DNA from: Chloroflexota bacterium
Lineage (GTDB): Bacteria > Chloroflexota > UBA6077 > FW602-bin22 > JAMCWG01
Reading direction: 5' to 3'
NCBI GenBank assembly: GCA_023475235.1
Contig: JAMCWG010000005.1
Coordinates: 7,046-71,045 of the forward strand
Length of the DNA: 64,000 nt
The position numbers and the translations under genes are program-made. Positions 45,116 through 53,883 of the stretch are shown piece after piece (within the stretch, counting starts at the first letter, position 1; every line of letters begins with the position of its first letter). The notes below the pieces were generated by a model, which made no database searches, was not told the DNA's origin, and worked only from the letters and a program-made list of their open reading frames with translations.

Positions 45116-46207
45116 TTGAGACTCTCCTTTAAGTAAGTTTGTAGTCTTTCCTGGGCCAGAGTCAGACCTTCCTTAGACTGTGGGGGCCATTGCCCCGACA
45201 GCACGGATGTGGCATAATAGCCATCGGGCTTGGGCAGGCTACTGTGCCTCCTTGTCCGGGGTCCTGGCAGGTCATCCCTGTCAGGACCTTTCTACGCGGT
45301 CAGGACAATCAAACGCACCACCTCCCTTCGGTGGCACCAGCGAGCGGCACTAGCTAAGTAAAGCCCGGCTCAGGTTGCGCTGGACCGGGCTTGGTGTTAG
45401 CATAGGAACTGGAACCGGTGTGCACGCACCTGGTACCATAGTCCCGTATGGTCTCGCCACCATCCGGGACCATTTTTTGGCCTTGACGGACTTACTCGGG
45501 CTCTTCCTCCCCGAGCAAAACACAAAGTGCCAACTTGCCCTGCCAATGGAGGCTCAAGTTGGCACTGCTTGTGTCATAGGTCACCCCACGGACATCGACC
45601 GACTACCAATACTGCTGTCGGCGTGGCCTACGCTTTCTTGCTTTCGCAAGCACCGCCGGCTTGCACCAGCCTGCCCGCCAATCGGGGAATGGCGAGCGAC
45701 GCCCGGTTTTTTGGCGGCACCTATCCCGTCGACGAAAAATGGGGGGCACAACGAGCTTAGATAACCCTATCAATCCCCAGACCCGGCTGCACGCCGGCAA
45801 GATGCTCCGAACACAAGACTAATACCAAGTCTGTTGCTGTCAGGTGCATCTGAAGTCGACAGGGCATTGGAGGAGTGAGACGCGCCCTAGGCTTGACTAA
45901 GGTCTTCGCTACGCTGGCCTCGCTGACCAACGCGAGGATAGTCAATCGAACCGGCTTCTCTTTGTCCATTGTACCCCGGCTCAAAATGGCTGTAACGAGT
46001 ATTATTCCACGTTTCGTCTGCCTGAATTCTGACGCGTTTCATATGCTATTTATTCCCGGCACGTTGCGGTACTCTTCCGCCATTCCTCATAGGCAATCCC
46101 CGCAATGCCTGGGGATTCCTCACGCGGAGCAGGCACGCACGCTGGGTGGATGGACCTTTAGTTGGGGCAGGCCAGGTTTTCTGCCGCGGCTCTATCTTTT
46201 CTCAAAC

Positions 46208-46380
46208 TAGGGCCTTTTCAAAGTCCGCTGATCCGGCTGCTCGTGGGGTTTACCTCACCTCCGGCCTTCGGCCACCCCCTCTCCGCGCGCGGAGAGGGGG
46301 CCAGGGGGTGAGGTAAACTGCCGTTGGCAAGGCAACCCAAGCGCTGTCTGATTCCCGGCTGGCGACTTTGAAAGGCCCTG
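46208..46380 (+). mobile_element. MITE-like hairpin element, copy B, with 9-bp target-site duplication
   Basis: TAGGGCCTTTTCAAAGTC ... GACTTTGAAAGGCCCTG termini. Flanked by TTCTCAAAC at 46199-46207 and 46381-46389. Confidence 0.7.
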
Positions 46381-46556
46381 TTCTCAAACAAAGGGCGCCT
46401 GCCCCGCCAGCGAAGCAAGCTGACCACCGATGTCGGGCTATTGAGCCAAGGGCTGGATGGCTTAACGCGCTACTGTAGCTGGATGGCGGAGCTCGCTGGC
46501 CGGAGCACCAGCTCCCGGCGACCAGGCTCGCACCGCGCGGGCACAACCGAAGACCA

Positions 46557-46925
46557 TCAAACCCGGCAAATGCACTGGTTGACCAGCCTGAGCAGCTCGT
46601 CCAGGTCGAAGGGCTTGGCCAGGACGGCGTAGGGGTCGATCTCTGCGGCGCAAAAGGCAGGATTGCTCGTGGCCGTGATGACGATGATGGGCGCATGTGG
46701 CCCCGGCAGCCGTTTGTACACGCGCGAGAATTCCCATCCATCCATAACAGGCGTGCGAAGGTCGAGCAGAATCAGGTCGGGCTGCCACTCCTCGATAATA
46801 TCGAGTGCGGCTTTGCCGTGCACGGCAGTCATGACCTCGTAGCCCTCGTCGGCCAAGGCCAACTCGACGAACTCTCGGATGCTCTCATCGTCATCAACAA
46901 CCAGTACATGCATTGGTGAATTCAC
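46557..46925 (-). CDS. Single-domain response regulator (CheY-like receiver)
   Basis: VLVVDDDESIREFV ... DLILLDLRTPVMDG ... IIVITAT. The start overlaps the kinase stop (TAGTG). Confidence 0.9.
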   Translation of the reverse strand: MNSPMHVLVVDDDESIREFVELALADEGYEVMTAVHGKAALDIIEEWQPDLILLDLRTPVMDGWEFSRVYKRLPGPHAPIIVITATSNPAFCAAEIDPYAVLAKPFDLDELLRLVNQCICRV

Positions 46926-49900
46926 TAGTCTCCCCTTTCGTCTCCCCTCGCGTGGCCCTCTCCTTGGGCCATTGTGTGGCCTCCCCCCTCAGCGCCGGCA
47001 GTGTCGTCGAGCGCGTCATCGGCCGAGCAGCCGGCAGATTCATATCCCACCGGCAGATTGACGACGAAGCGCGTCCCGCCTTCGATAGGAAACTCAGCCT
47101 CAATGCTGCCGCCGTGGAGATTCACGATCTGACGGCTGATGAACAGCCCCAAGCCCATGCCTCCCAGGCGATGGGCCGCGTGCGCCTGGTAGAAGCGGTC
47201 AAAGATGCTTTTCCGATGCTCTGGGGGAATGCCAATGCCGTGGTCGGTCACCGACATGCGCAGGGTTTCAAGGCTTGACGCCGCCAATTCGACATCGATC
47301 GGCCCGCCATTCGGACTGTACCGGATAGCATTGTCTATCAGATTGGTTACCACTTGCTCGATGCGCAACGGGTCCACAAATGCCGGCAGGGAGGACGGAG
47401 CACGCACACCGATGTCGTGCACATTGGTGGTTGCCTGCGCTGCGGCTGCCACCCCCTTGACCAGGGCCACCAGATCGGTATCCTGCCGGTCAAGAGACAG
47501 CTTCCCCGCCTCGATACGCGAGACATCGAGCAGGTGGTATGTCAGACGAGTCAGCTTGTCCGACTGCTTGTCGATGGTGTCCAGCGCCCGCCGCATCCGA
47601 TGCGGGTCGACTACGCCGCAGTTGCCCATCTGATGTATCATAAGCTGGGCGAAGCCCCGCAGGCTGGTCACCGGCGTCTTGAGCTCGTGGGCCGCCACGG
47701 AGAGGAATTCGTCACGGGCTCGAATCGCCTCCTGGGCTTGCCGGTAAAGCCGGGCATTGTCGATCGCGGTCCCACAGCGGCGGGCCACGTCCTCCATTAT
47801 GGCCAGATCAGGTGCCCCGTATCGGCGCCCGGAAGACATCGACGCGATGGAGATGATTCCAACCGTATCTCCCCGGACGGTAATGGGCACGACGATGTAC
47901 GAGATGTGCCCCATTTCACGGACTGCCCGAAGGTGGTCTGCATCCTCGATTGCGGCCTCCAAGGCTGAATCGGAGACCTCCGTGACGAGGACCGGCTGGC
48001 CGGTGCGCAGCGCTTTCGCATACGAGCTTTCTCCGCTCTCGTCCAGGCAGTACCGACAATAGGTCTCGCGCGCCAGTTCCTCCACCGAGCTATCATGAAT
48101 GACCGAGGCAACCAGGCGCGGCGGGCCGTTCTCCGGGACGATGTCGACGGCGCACCAGTCGGCGATGGTGGGCACGGCGAGATGGGCCACACTGGCGAGT
48201 ATGGTCTCGTCATCCAGCGAGCTGGAGAGTTGCTTGCTCGCTTCCGCCAGGAAGCGCTGCGCATCCTCTGCCCGTTTGCGCTCGGTGACATCGCGAGAGA
48301 TGCCGCCGAGCATAAATCCTTGCTCGGTCCTGACCGGAAAGGTCATCGACTGCAGCACGCGCCGCTCGCCATCCGAACGCTCAAGCTCTCGCTCCACGAG
48401 CTGGCCCAGCCACGGTCCTCGTCCGGTCCTCAACGCTTCCAAGATCTCGCCTTTGATTCGCTCGTACAATTCCGGTCGTTTCTTGTCGCCGGAAGCTACC
48501 TGGAATTGCACATCCCAGAGCGGCCGGCCCAGTACCTCGGCCTTTCTTAACCCGGAGAGCTGCTCCTGGCCCTCGTTCCATTCCACGATCAGGCCCTGCT
48601 CATCCACCAGGACGATCCCATCCTCTGACCGCTCGACGATACTCCGGAACTTTTGCTCCGACTGCCGCAGCGCTTCCTCGGCACGCTTGCGCTCGGTGAT
48701 GTCCGTCAGCAGCGACACCACGCCGGCGATGGTACCGTCGGCGTCGCGGAGCGGCGCGGCGCTAATGGCTATGATCAGCCGGGTCCCGTCGGGATGCTCG
48801 AAGGCCTGCTCGAAGCCGTAAATCGGCTTGCCCGTTCTTAAGACCCGGACGAAGGGATGGTCACTCTCTACCAGCGGCTTGCCTTCCACGGTGGTGTTTT
48901 TCCAGGTGACGTTGCTGTGGGTCCTTTTGACGATCTCAGCACGCGGAAGGCCAAGAATCCTTTCGGCGGCAGCGTTCACCAGCGTTATCTGCCCATCGCG
49001 GCTGAAGGTGACCACGCCGTCGGTCATCGTCTCGAACATGCTGGTCAGTTGCTCTTCGCCCTCGCGCAGGGCCCTCTCCGCACGCTGGAGCTCGGTGATG
49101 TATCCCTCACGCTGGTCCTCGCTGGCCTGAATTTCCGAGGCCATCCGGTTGAAAGCATCGGCCAGTTCCTCCAGCTCGGTTGGCCCGGTAACATCCACTT
49201 TGCCGGCGAGCTCGCCCTGCCCGATAGCCAGAGCATGCCGTCGAAGACGCCTCATCGGGACGGTGAGATTTCGGCTTATGATCATCGCGGCGATTCCGCC
49301 CAGGACCGCGGTGAGAATGATCAGGCCGACGTCTCTCCACAGGTCTTGCAGTACCGGACCGACAGCCTCCTGCTCCGGCCGGCTGGCTATCGCCACCCAG
49401 CCGATGGAGCGGATGGGCACTTGCCCGGCAATCTGCTTTCGCTCGTCAGGCATCAAGACGAGGGCCCCGCTGTACTCCTGGCCGGCCAGGGCCTGAGCGA
49501 TCCGCGGCTCAGCTTCAAGCACATTGCGTTTTTCCCATGGCAGGTCGACCTCGGGGTAGCGGTACACAAGCTGGCCTTGCCGATCGATGATGGAAAGGGA
49601 GCCCTGCCCGGCCCTCGCCAGGCCAAGCACCTCGGCTAGATGGGTTGGCTCCACTTCAGCAAGTAACACGCCCTGCAGCAAGCCTTTTTCATCACGCATA
49701 CCGGTGGCGATATGGAACCTTGGCTCGCCGGCCGACCTCGACAGCGATAGATCGCTCACGACCCAGTCCTGTCCATCGAGGATTCCCTTGAGATAGGGGC
49801 GGTCGGTGATCTTGGTGCCGGTGACAATGGAGCCGGTAGACGCGATGACGCGGCCATCAGAGTCTGCCCAGCTATAGCTGAGGATCGAGGGATACCCGCG

Positions 49901-50272
49901 TGCGCTTTCGGCGAGGAGCCGGTTCATCTCTGCGGGCGAAGGCGGGTGCGGCGAAGTAAACGCCAGGCCGATAGCCAACTGCTGATGCAAGACATCTCGA
50001 ATATACGCATCGAAGGTTGCGGCCACCGCCCGGGCTAGCTCGACGTTCTCCCTGTGCTCTGTAGCGAGCCTTGTATTGAAGGAGCTGTAGTAGATAAGCC
50101 CCTGAACGAGCAGGACCGGCCCTAGCAGAACGAGCAGCAGGAGGAACAGCGTTCCCTGAATACTGTCGAAGAAGAACTGACCAACTCTGCCCCCTGGTGC
50201 TCCAGGCAGTCTGTTGTCGTGCGGCGTAGTGGGTAGATTGTGCTGGCCGATCTGAGGCGCTTCACTTCCCAT
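46925..50272 (-). CDS. Multidomain sensor histidine kinase (TM, Cache-like, TM, HAMP, PAS, PAS, GAF, HisKA, HATPase)
   Basis: H-box FLSVAAHELKTPVTSL, N-box VVTNLIDNAIRYS, G-boxes DHGIGI / GMGLGLFISRQIV. Two PAS-like blocks and one GAF-like block. The ATG at 50272 is preceded by GGTGAGGA. Confidence 0.9.
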   Translation of the reverse strand: MGSEAPQIGQHNLPTTPHDNRLPGAPGGRVGQFFFDSIQGTLFLLLLVLLGPVLLVQGLIYYSSFNTRLATEHRENVELARAVAATFDAYIRDVLHQQLAIGLAFTSPHPPSPAEMNRLLAESARGYPSILSYSWADSDGRVIASTGSIVTGTKITDRPYLKGILDGQDWVVSDLSLSRSAGEPRFHIATGMRDEKGLLQGVLLAEVEPTHLAEVLGLARAGQGSLSIIDRQGQLVYRYPEVDLPWEKRNVLEAEPRIAQALAGQEYSGALVLMPDERKQIAGQVPIRSIGWVAIASRPEQEAVGPVLQDLWRDVGLIILTAVLGGIAAMIISRNLTVPMRRLRRHALAIGQGELAGKVDVTGPTELEELADAFNRMASEIQASEDQREGYITELQRAERALREGEEQLTSMFETMTDGVVTFSRDGQITLVNAAAERILGLPRAEIVKRTHSNVTWKNTTVEGKPLVESDHPFVRVLRTGKPIYGFEQAFEHPDGTRLIIAISAAPLRDADGTIAGVVSLLTDITERKRAEEALRQSEQKFRSIVERSEDGIVLVDEQGLIVEWNEGQEQLSGLRKAEVLGRPLWDVQFQVASGDKKRPELYERIKGEILEALRTGRGPWLGQLVERELERSDGERRVLQSMTFPVRTEQGFMLGGISRDVTERKRAEDAQRFLAEASKQLSSSLDDETILASVAHLAVPTIADWCAVDIVPENGPPRLVASVIHDSSVEELARETYCRYCLDESGESSYAKALRTGQPVLVTEVSDSALEAAIEDADHLRAVREMGHISYIVVPITVRGDTVGIISIASMSSGRRYGAPDLAIMEDVARRCGTAIDNARLYRQAQEAIRARDEFLSVAAHELKTPVTSLRGFAQLMIHQMGNCGVVDPHRMRRALDTIDKQSDKLTRLTYHLLDVSRIEAGKLSLDRQDTDLVALVKGVAAAAQATTNVHDIGVRAPSSLPAFVDPLRIEQVVTNLIDNAIRYSPNGGPIDVELAASSLETLRMSVTDHGIGIPPEHRKSIFDRFYQAHAAHRLGGMGLGLFISRQIVNLHGGSIEAEFPIEGGTRFVVNLPVGYESAGCSADDALDDTAGAEGGGHTMAQGEGHARGDERGD

Positions 50273-50662
50273 TATAGTCCTCACCTGAATGGCCCTTCGG
50301 GAGCGTCACAGGAGTCGTTGGCGCACGGCAATCCAGGTGTCTATGTAGTCTTTGTGCCTCTGTGAGCTCTACTTATCGGCCTAGTAGAGCCAGCGAGCAA
50401 TTAGCAGCGCGCCAAACTAGTATCGGACTTATGCGCCGTGTAGTCAAGGCCTATGCAATTCGCTTATTGGCGACCCAGCGGTCCGCGCCGCGGTGAAATG
50501 CTATTGGGTGCCCTGGCTGGCCCGACTCCCGGCCACCGGGAAGCCCGCCGGGCCAGCTATACGCCGGGTAATCTGCTTTCGCAACGGGCTGATGGCGTCT
50601 TTTTTGCCGCCTAGACTATAGTAGCCGCGCGAGCCGTTGTCAAGAACAAACACGGCCCGGCA

Positions 50663-50955
50663 CAGGGCCTTTTCAAAGTCCGCTGACCCGGCTGCTCGTG
50701 GGGTTTACCTCACCCCCGGCCTTCGGCTTTGCCCCTCGCCAGTCGCCAGACCCGCCATCCTCACCAGCAGTCAAAGAAGGCGACCCCTCGCCACGGCGAG
50801 AGTGCCGCAGGCATCTTGGCGGGAGGCGAGTCGCCTTCGGAGACCTCTCCGAGCGCGGAGATGGGGCGGCCGAAGGCCGAGGGTGAGGTAAACTGCCGTT
50901 GACAAGGCAACCCAAGCACCGTCTTGTTCCTGGCTGGCGACTTTGAAAGGCCCTA
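50663..50955 (+). mobile_element. MITE-like hairpin element, copy C, with 10-11 bp target-site duplication and about 120-nt apical insertion
   Basis: Same termini as copies A and B. Flanked by (A)CGGCCCGGCA at 50652-50662 and 50955-50965. There is extra sequence between the GGCCTTCGGC and GCCGAAGGCC arms. Confidence 0.7.
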
Positions 50956-51195
50956 CGGCCCGGCAACCGCGTTGACGAAAGCGAGAGCGTACCGTAGGAT
51001 GGAATTGAGTGGGCTGATAGCCAGCCCAGGGCAGTGCAGTGCAGAAACCGACTGTCCGTCGCCACTCGCCTCGGTGGCGATGCAGCCACACTCTGGGACC
51101 AGTGGGAGACCGACCTGCCACGACTATGCTGGCTTCGCTCCCCTGGCAGGCCAGCGATAATCGCTTGTGAGGCAGTTAGGGGGAGGGTTGACGAT

Positions 51196-52419
51196 ATGAG
51201 TGATGGCCATGTTCGGATGTACGGCACTACCTGGTGCATCGGCTGCAAGCGGGCCAGGAAGTTCTTCGGCGAGCGTCGGGTGCCATACGAGTTCATCGAC
51301 GTCGAGGCAGACCCGGAGGCCCTGCACGTCGTCGAGGAGGCGACCCACGGCAGGCGGACCATCCCCACCATCTTCTTGCCGGACGGATCGGTGCTCATTG
51401 ATCCATCGAATACGGAGCTTGCCGAAAAGCTGGAGCTTAAGACACGCCCCGAGTGTCTGTTCTACGACCTGGTAATCATAGGCGGCGGCCCCGCAGGGCT
51501 GACTGCCGCTATCTACACGGCCCGTGAGGGCATCGAGACGCTGCTCGTCGAGAAGAGCAGCTTTGGCGGCCAGCCGGGGAGCACGGAGCGCATCGACAAC
51601 TTCCCCGGGTTCCCGGAGGGAATCGGGGGCGCCGACTTCGTCGAGAGGCTCGTGGAGCAATGCCGGCGCTATGGCGCCGAGCTGGTTTCGGCCACCGAAG
51701 CGGTGGCGATCGGTGCCGACGGGAACGAGCGCTGGGTCAAGCTGGCGAGCGGCACCGAGGTACGGTGCTGGGCAGTGCTTATCGCCGTAGGATCGCTGTA
51801 CCGCCATCTGGGGGTACCCGGCGAAGAGCAGTTCCTCGGCTCCGGGATCCATTTCTGCGCTACCTGCGACGGGCCGTTCTACCGGGGGAAGGAAGTCCTG
51901 GTCGTGGGCGGGGGCAACACCGCGGTGCAGGCAGCGATATTCCTCACCAAGTTCGCCAGCAGAGTGCTCTTGGTCACCCACGGCTCCGACCTCAGCGCTA
52001 GCAAGATCGTCCAGGAAGCTGCCTTCCGTCTGCCCAAGATCGAAGTGATCTACGACAACGATATCGACGAGTTCCGGGGCGATGGGCGTCTCAACACTGT
52101 AGTACTGCACAACGTTAAGACGGGGCACCGGCGAGAGATACACCCGGATGGCGCGTTTGTGTTCATCGGCCTGCAGCCCAATACCGACTGGCTGAAGGGG
52201 ACGATCGAGCTCGACGAGGCTGGCTTCATCGTCACCAGTCAGATCATGCAGACCAATCTTCCCGGCGTGTTCGCGGCGGGCGACGTCCGCTCAGGCAGCA
52301 CCAAGCAACTGGTGAGCGCCGCGGGCGAGGGCGCCACGGCCGCACTGATGGCCCGGCAGTACCTACAGCAGGTGAAGGTCGTGCCCGTCCCCGAGGTCGT
52401 GCCGGTCCCGGTGGTATAA
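51196..52419 (+). CDS. trxB: Glutaredoxin-like domain fused to thioredoxin-disulfide reductase
   Basis: N-terminal 80 aa: MYGTTWCIGCKRARKFF ... TIPTIFLPDGS (thioredoxin fold, CxxC). Then DLVIIGGGPAGLTAAIY, redox-active CATCDG, and VVGGGNTAVQAA. GGGAGGG SD before the ATG at 51196. Confidence 0.85.
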   Translation: MSDGHVRMYGTTWCIGCKRARKFFGERRVPYEFIDVEADPEALHVVEEATHGRRTIPTIFLPDGSVLIDPSNTELAEKLELKTRPECLFYDLVIIGGGPAGLTAAIYTAREGIETLLVEKSSFGGQPGSTERIDNFPGFPEGIGGADFVERLVEQCRRYGAELVSATEAVAIGADGNERWVKLASGTEVRCWAVLIAVGSLYRHLGVPGEEQFLGSGIHFCATCDGPFYRGKEVLVVGGGNTAVQAAIFLTKFASRVLLVTHGSDLSASKIVQEAAFRLPKIEVIYDNDIDEFRGDGRLNTVVLHNVKTGHRREIHPDGAFVFIGLQPNTDWLKGTIELDEAGFIVTSQIMQTNLPGVFAAGDVRSGSTKQLVSAAGEGATAALMARQYLQQVKVVPVPEVVPVPVV

Positions 52420-52685
52420 AGGGCCATCCCATCTAGTACGCGTGTCTGCCTCGACAAGGACAGGGTGATCAACGGGTGCCCCGCAGACGGGAACATAGCA
52501 GGATATCGGATGATTGAGCCGTCGAGGGCTCGAGGGCGGCTGGCAATTGGTGAGGGCATTGGTCAGGGAAGCCGCGATCTGGGTGAGGATTCGCCTGCGC
52601 ACGAGCAGTCTCAACAGAGGTGAGAGGCAGATGTGCTAAGGTGGCAGGCACAAGCCGATGGTGAACACGATATGAGGGAGAGAGT

Positions 52686-53843
52686 ATGAGAGCAAAGGTG
52701 GCGCTGGCCGATTGCGCGGACTACGACCTGGACCGCGTCTATGCCGCAGTCAAATGTTCCCTGGAAGAGATCGGGGGAATGGAGGCATTCGTCCGGCCCG
52801 GCCAGCGGGTCTTGCTCCAGGTCAACCTTATCTCGCCGCGCCCCGCAGAGGACGCGGTGTGCACCCATCCCAGCATCGTGAGAGCAGCGTGCCGGCTGGT
52901 CGGCGAGGCCGGCGGCATACCGTCGGTCGGGGGCAGCGCGGGCGGCTCGGCCTATCATCGTACCCGCCGCGTCCTGCAGGTATCGGGGATCGCCGCCGCG
53001 GCGGCGGAGGAAGGCGTGGAGGTCCTCGACTACGACGAGATGGATGGACAGGACGTCTCGTCGGACGGCGCGGTCATGCAGAGCATACATATCGCCAAGC
53101 CCGTCCTGGATACCGACGTGCTCATCACGCTGCCCAAGATGAAGACCCACAGCGTGACGCTCTTGACCGGCGCCGTCAAGAATCACCTGGGCACACTGCC
53201 GGGGGCACGCAAGGCCGAGCTGCACCGCCGCTTTCCCGCTCCTGAGCAATTCAGCCAGGCGCTGGTCGACATCTATGCCGCCGCGACGCCCCATCTGACG
53301 ATCATGGACGCCGTCGACGGCATGGACGGCAACGGGCCGACGGCCGGGCGCGTTCGCCACGTGGGGCTGGTGGCGTCGAGCGCCGACAGCGTGGCACTGG
53401 ACACCGTGATGTGCGCCGTTTGCGGCATAGACCCCAAGTGGGTCTTCACCGGCATCGCCGCACACAAGCGAGGGCTGGGCGTGGGTTCGCTCGAGGAGAT
53501 CGAGGTGGTAGGTACACCGTTGGATGCGGCCAGAGGCCGCGTCCGCCCCTTCGCCTACCCGATGACCTACCGCTTGTTTGCCCACTCGTGGGTCCCAGAA
53601 GGAGGACGGCGCATCGCTGGGCAATACCTCGGCGGGTCTCCCTCGCCAATCGTCATCTCCAGTAAATGCAACGGCTGTCAGACGTGCATCCGGAGCTGCC
53701 CGGCGCAGGCGATGGCTATGGTGAATAACAAGGCCAGCATCGAGCAGAAGAAGTGCATCAGTTGCTTCTGCTGCCACGAGCTGTGCACCCAGCAGGCCAT
53801 CGGCATCAAGGTGCCTTTTCTCTGGCACTTATTCCGGGCCTGA
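52686..53843 (+). CDS. DUF362-domain protein with C-terminal 2x[4Fe-4S] ferredoxin domain
   Basis: The N-terminal and central region matches my memory of DUF362 (KVALADCADYD ... VNLISP ... THP ... LPKMKTH). C-terminal CNGCQTCIRSCP and CISCFCCHELC. Confidence 0.8.
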   Translation: MRAKVALADCADYDLDRVYAAVKCSLEEIGGMEAFVRPGQRVLLQVNLISPRPAEDAVCTHPSIVRAACRLVGEAGGIPSVGGSAGGSAYHRTRRVLQVSGIAAAAAEEGVEVLDYDEMDGQDVSSDGAVMQSIHIAKPVLDTDVLITLPKMKTHSVTLLTGAVKNHLGTLPGARKAELHRRFPAPEQFSQALVDIYAAATPHLTIMDAVDGMDGNGPTAGRVRHVGLVASSADSVALDTVMCAVCGIDPKWVFTGIAAHKRGLGVGSLEEIEVVGTPLDAARGRVRPFAYPMTYRLFAHSWVPEGGRRIAGQYLGGSPSPIVISSKCNGCQTCIRSCPAQAMAMVNNKASIEQKKCISCFCCHELCTQQAIGIKVPFLWHLFRA

Positions 53844-53883
53844 GCACTCGCGGATGGCAGTTGGCCGGAAACGGCGACGGGCG

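Noticed and set aside
45375-45984. ORFs 45375..45764 (plus, 129 aa) and 45757..45984 (minus, 75 aa) in the long intergenic region
   Set aside because: They have no SD, no recognisable motif and an irregular composition. They are kept only as a possible pseudogene remnant, to be tested by BLASTX.
52611-53828. 405-aa minus-strand ORF antisense to the DUF362 gene
   Set aside because: Shadow ORF. The plus-strand frame has the ferredoxin Cys clusters and an SD-linked ATG.
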